A DNA stretch of 9,527 nt from IMG/VR virus record IMGVR_UViG_2609459864_000003, positions 1 through 9,527 of that record, one strand, 5' to 3'. Each line of letters begins with the position of its first letter. Within the stretch, counting starts at the first letter, position 1. The notes under the pieces were generated by a model, which was not told where the DNA came from, ran no database searches, and saw only the letters and a list, made by a program, of their open reading frames with translations. The translations under genes and the position numbers were made by a program. The stretch comes from a virus (Duplodnaviria; Heunggongvirae; Uroviricota; Caudoviricetes). Shown in pieces: positions 6,515 through 9,527 of the stretch.

Positions 6515-6922
6515 TCACTCTCCTTTCCCATGAAGCATAGCGGCGCGGCAGGCGTTCCATATTTCGGCAGCAATATCGCGCTCGCTATCGGTTAATTTGT
6601 ACGTGGAAACATAGCCAGAGAGCATTTCTACGTTTTCCGGAGTTGCTTCTTCCGGCACTATCGGCGCTGGAGGGGCGGCAAATAGATATCCGCCAAAGTC
6701 AGGAAGCTCTCCAATGGCCTGTACGAACTTTTGTTTGCCTACGTCAACTCCTAATGGGTAATGAGCTATAATCTTTGCCACCGGCTCTGCTTCCAGCGAT
6801 ACCAGTGCAATTCGTGCCAGTTCTTCCGCTTCTTCTGCTGGCAGTACAACGTTGCTACCCGGTCCGTATGTTTCGCGCCACTGCTTGATTGTCAGCAGTC
6901 GCCCTTTGGTAATAGTGATCAT
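6515..6922 (-). CDS. hypothetical protein (135 aa)
   Basis: Track ORF; the start ATG overlaps the stop of the upstream nuclease gene (ATGA at 6919-6922); SD aaggaa. No motif I can recognise. Confidence 0.7.
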   Translation of the reverse strand: MITITKGRLLTIKQWRETYGPGSNVVLPAEEAEELARIALVSLEAEPVAKIIAHYPLGVDVGKQKFVQAIGELPDFGGYLFAAPPAPIVPEEATPENVEMLSGYVSTYKLTDSERDIAAEIWNACRAAMLHGKGE

Positions 6923-7434
6923 GCCGCGTTTCCTTCTTTCTTATTAACAATCACACCGTCATATATTTCATTAAGGTGCCCTCTCAACTCCATGCGCCTT
7001 AATGCAGATAACATGTAATCGCATTCAACCTGCTTATTCCCAGTAAATGGCTTATCGTCAGGATTACCCCAACAGCAATTACCCCTGGGCCATCCATGTA
7101 CTTTCCGTACTCTTCCGTTAACAACGTGAAGTAATCCCCAGCCGGGAGGTAAATCCTCAACTGAAATAATTTCCGGCTCACTAATAAAGAATCGCCAGTC
7201 GCCCATGCCAAGTGAGGGATTTTTACGGAAACGCTTTTTTCTATCTGCCAACAAGTCAGCACGAGAACACTTCGCCTCTATCAGGCATGATGCTGAATTT
7301 CTGAATCCCATAGCATCTGGCTGTTCTCCGGTACTGGTTACAGCAACAAAGCGGTCATGAAAGCAAACCTTGAACCCGTTGCGCTTAAGGAACTTGTACG
7401 CAATCTGACAGAGTTCGCGGTGTGTTAACGCCAT
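6919..7434 (-). CDS. putative PD-(D/E)XK-type nuclease (171 aa; VRR-NUC / MmcB-like motif arrangement)
   Basis: Track ORF with SD aaggagag. The product contains ...VAVTSTGEQPDAMGF(x9)CLIEAKCSRADL...: an acidic residue, a PD dipeptide and an E-x-K triad at the spacing typical of restriction-endonuclease-fold nucleases. Family assignment is from motif only. Confidence 0.7.
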   Translation of the reverse strand: MALTHRELCQIAYKFLKRNGFKVCFHDRFVAVTSTGEQPDAMGFRNSASCLIEAKCSRADLLADRKKRFRKNPSLGMGDWRFFISEPEIISVEDLPPGWGLLHVVNGRVRKVHGWPRGNCCWGNPDDKPFTGNKQVECDYMLSALRRMELRGHLNEIYDGVIVNKKEGNAA

Positions 7435-7435
7435 A

Positions 7436-8185
7436 TCACTCTCCTTTGATGCGAATGCCAGCGGCGCGGATTGCAGCGATGACTTCAGAAACTTTGTATG
7501 CCATTACCGTTTGGTAATCATCGTGAAAATCTGTTCGATGAAGCATGCTGCTACGTTCCGGGAGCGATATTTCCCGAGCATCCAGTTCCTTAACGCGTTC
7601 CTCCAGTTCGTAGACCCTGCATTGTTCTCTATCATCAATCAGATATAACCCAAGACATTCGCTTTCTACCCAACCGCCAAAATCATGATCGTAACGCTCA
7701 CATGAAAACTCACCGTCACCGTCCTTTGTTGGAATGGTGTAACTATCTAATGGGCCACCATATGTCGGCACATTCCCCAATGTTGGATGCTCAATCCACA
7801 TGAAAAATGCACGTCCGGTTATTGGGCAAATATCTGGCCGCCATTGGTTACGAACAGCCTTGGTTTCGGATAATTCTTCAGCGTGTTGTTTTACTTCCTC
7901 AAGCTCAACTCTCAGCTTCCCTACCGTTAGCGCAATATCCTCGTTCTCCTGGTCGCGGCGTTTGATGTATTGCTGGTTCCTTTCCCGTTCATCCAGTAGT
8001 GCCAGCACGGTTTCTGGTCCGGTCAGAAATTTGAAGGCATTGAGCGCATCAATATCCACACCGTAATCTTTAAGTTCCTGTTCACTTAACAAATCATCAT
8101 CAGTTGGCAACATTAACAGGCGTTCCATTGCTGGAATTGCACGTTCTGCTGCCTCACGCAGTGCCTGGTAATTAATTTCGCTCAC
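7436..8185 (-). CDS. Ead/Ea22-like family protein (249 aa)
   Basis: GTG start 8183-8185 preceded by a strong SD aaaggagg; the track's longer ORF to 8368 has no better start. N-terminus VSEINYQALREAAERAIPAMERLL...ETVLALLDERERNQQYI... matches the pattern I recall for Ead/Ea22-like prophage proteins. Central coiled-coil, cysteine-rich C-terminal half. Confidence 0.7.
   Translation of the reverse strand: MSEINYQALREAAERAIPAMERLLMLPTDDDLLSEQELKDYGVDIDALNAFKFLTGPETVLALLDERERNQQYIKRRDQENEDIALTVGKLRVELEEVKQHAEELSETKAVRNQWRPDICPITGRAFFMWIEHPTLGNVPTYGGPLDSYTIPTKDGDGEFSCERYDHDFGGWVESECLGLYLIDDREQCRVYELEERVKELDAREISLPERSSMLHRTDFHDDYQTVMAYKVSEVIAAIRAAGIRIKGE
7438..7463. repeat. 26-bp gene-boundary repeat, copy 2
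   Basis: Identical to 6123-6148. Here it encodes the C-terminus AGIRIKGE of the ea22-like protein plus the SD of the downstream nuclease gene. The overlapping 18-mer gccatatcactctccttt (7430-7447) recurs at 6509-6526. Confidence 0.8.
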
Positions 8186-8352
8186 TGGTTGCCTCCTTTG
8201 CGAAGCTCTGCGGCTAAATACTCCAACGCCATTATGTGGCGTGTTCCCCAACCAGGACGGTACGTTCACCGCGATGACGTATACCAAAAGCAAAACGTTT
8301 AAAACCGAAAATGGTGCCCGTCGCTGGCTGGAAAGAAACTCAGGTGAGTGAT

Positions 8353-8481
8353 ATGGATTTCGACACAATCATGGAAAAGGCTTACGAAGAATACTTCGAT
8401 GGTCTTGCCGAAGGCGAAGAAACTCTCAGCTTCAACGAATTTAAACAGGCGCTTTCCAGTTCGGCAAAATCTAACGGCTGA
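8353..8481 (+). CDS. ydfB: YdfB-like small protein (42 aa) of the dicB operon
   Basis: ATG 8353-8355 with SD aggtga. Product MDFDTIMEKAYEEYFDGLAEGEETLSFNEFKQALSSSAKSNG. Size and position (two genes upstream of DicF and dicB) match ydfB of the E. coli K-12 Qin prophage. Not in the track (below 60 aa); the overlapping track ORFs 8348..8557 (+) and 8299..8496 (-) have implausible composition. Confidence 0.6.
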   Translation: MDFDTIMEKAYEEYFDGLAEGEETLSFNEFKQALSSSAKSNG

Positions 8482-8510
8482 TAAGCGAAACAGCACCGCG
8501 AGGAATCAGT

Positions 8511-8729
8511 ATGCAGAAACGAGAACCCGTCATCATCGCGCCAGACTATACCGATGATGAACTTTATGAGTGGATGCGCCAGAAAATTAATGCAGTGCAG
8601 GATCTGAAATGGGCCAATGAAGCCAGGACTAAGCAGGCTGAAAATCTGTCCGCTCTGGAGCAGGATATCACCAGGCTGGAAAAAGCAGCGGCATTAAGCA
8701 TTGCCAGAATGGTTACATACCCGCGTTAA
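8511..8729 (+). CDS. ydfC: YdfC-like protein (72 aa) of the dicB operon
   Basis: Track ORF with SD gaggaa. 72 aa, the size of K-12 ydfC; it lies immediately upstream of the DicF precursor region. Confidence 0.7.
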   Translation: MQKREPVIIAPDYTDDELYEWMRQKINAVQDLKWANEARTKQAENLSALEQDITRLEKAAALSIARMVTYPR

Positions 8730-9067
8730 TAGCTAACCAACGAAGCTAAGGTTGGTAATTAAGGAGTTCTCCACGGGTCAGGTGGAGTGCGTGCGCCGGA
8801 CACGGGTGAACATCCGGCACTGACAGTTTACTGAAAGGATATGTCCCTGAAAAGTCAGGGCATAAAGCGAAAGCGCACGGCGAAATTGGTCTCTCTGTAC
8901 GGTGTCGTTAAATTTAGTTCGACCGTGCGCTTCCGGTTGTGGCACTCCGCGAAATGGCGCGGCGGTAAGTATGGCGGGGGTATTCCTTCCTCCGTTGAGG
9001 ACACCGGGTTGTCAGGTTGACCATACGCTTAAGTGACAACTCCGCTGCAACGCCCTCTGTTATCAAT

Positions 9068-9120
9068 TTTCTGGTGACGTTTGGCGGTATCAGTTTTACT
9101 CCGTGACTGCTCTGCCGCCC
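9068..9120 (+). ncRNA. dicF: DicF small regulatory RNA (53 nt; ftsZ-targeting sRNA of Qin-type prophages)
   Basis: tttctggtgacgtttggcggtatcagttttactccgtgactgctctgccgccc matches the DicF sequence as I remember it, followed by a T5 run (9121-9125). It is embedded in an ORF-free, hairpin-rich region between ydfC and dicB, exactly as in K-12. Confidence 0.8.
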
Positions 9121-9294
9121 TTTTTAAAGTGAATTTTGTGATGTGGTGAATGCGGCTGAGCGCACGCGGAACAGTTAAAACCAAAAACAGTGTTATGGGT
9201 GGATTCTCTGTATCCGGCGTTAATTGTTAACTGGTTAACGTCACCTGGAGGCACCAGGCACCGCATCACAAAATTCATTGTTGAGGACGCGATA

Positions 9295-9483
9295 ATGGAA
9301 ACGTTATTACCAAACGTTAATACGTCTGAAGGTTGTTTTGATATTGGTGTTCTGCTCAGTAACCGGGAGTTTACGGAAGATGCCATTAAGATGAGAAAAT
9401 ATGAACCTTATCTTCTCAATGATAATTCCATACTTTCCAGAATTGCCCTTCTTGAACTTGGTATTATCGGAGAACAGCAGTGA
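9295..9483 (+). CDS. dicB: DicB-like cell division inhibitor (62 aa)
   Basis: Internal ATG 9295-9297 of track ORF 9190..9483, SD gagga. Product METLLPNVNTSEGCFDIGVLLSNREFTEDAIKMRKYEPYLLNDNSILSRIALLELGIIGEQQ. The 62-aa length and N-terminus match my recollection of K-12 DicB; the C-terminal half appears divergent. Lies downstream of DicF. Confidence 0.8.
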   Translation: METLLPNVNTSEGCFDIGVLLSNREFTEDAIKMRKYEPYLLNDNSILSRIALLELGIIGEQQ

Positions 9484-9527
9484 CTTCAGCATTTGCACTG
9501 GTGATGACCGTTTTTCTTATAACGGGT
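9480..9527 (+). CDS. ydfD: YdfD-like protein, N-terminal fragment (continues beyond window end)
   Basis: GTG 9480-9482 overlaps the dicB stop (GTGA). The frame is open to the window end and encodes a hydrophobic N-terminus VTSAFALVMTVFLITG. Position after dicB matches ydfD of K-12. Confidence 0.4.
   Translation, partial: MTSAFALVMTVFLITG

Noticed and set aside
8186-8368. Upstream 61 codons of track ORF 7436..8368
   Set aside because: No RBS at the far start, while GTG 8185 has a strong SD (aaaggagg) and marks where ea22-like similarity begins. The extension is the divergent spacer read in frame.
8299-8557. Track ORFs 8299..8496 (-) and 8348..8557 (+)
   Set aside because: Both overlap the 42-aa ydfB-like gene in other frames or strands and have implausible composition (F-rich and basic respectively). 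The ydfB-like frame has an SD and the expected size and synteny.
8730-9290. Possible retron msr/msd, tRNA or CRISPR in the ORF-free region
   Set aside because: No reverse transcriptase gene follows, there is no tRNA cloverleaf (only a weak GTTCGA-like match at 8917-8922), and there are no direct repeats with spacers. The region is explained by the DicF precursor leader.
9096-9498. Minus-strand ORFs 9096..9386 and 9307..9498, and the 9190 start of the dicB ORF
   Set aside because: Antisense to DicF and dicB, or an in-frame read-through of the untranslated leader. dicB has an SD at ATG 9295 and matches the expected 62-aa size.

Overview
This window reads as a mosaic, decayed lambdoid (Qin-like) prophage region of an E. 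coli-like enterobacterium, assembled from four blocks. (1) Bases 1-4072, minus strand: the 3' end of a lambda-type tail module, with a J host-specificity gene missing its N-terminal part, lom bracketed by two intrinsic terminators, and the start of stf running off the window. (2) Bases 4140-4600, minus strand: a complete hok/mok/sok type I toxin-antitoxin locus whose terminator lies inside the annotated 5' end of the J reading frame. (3) Bases 4654-8185, minus strand: a tightly packed, translationally coupled operon of early-left accessory genes. It holds an Ead/Ea22-like protein, a PD-(D/E)XK-motif nuclease, several unknown small proteins including two very acidic ones and a putative zinc-ribbon protein, a deletion scar, and recurring gene-boundary repeats. 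(4) Bases 8353-9527, plus strand: a dicB-type cell-division-inhibitor operon (ydfB-like, ydfC-like, DicF sRNA, dicB-like, start of ydfD-like), transcribed divergently from block 3 and apparently lacking the dicA repressor gene that normally precedes it. All identifications rest on my own translation and recollection of reference proteins, not on a database search. The strongest candidate for an undescribed system is the PD-(D/E)XK nuclease operon with its acidic small proteins, but I cannot assign it a function from sequence alone.
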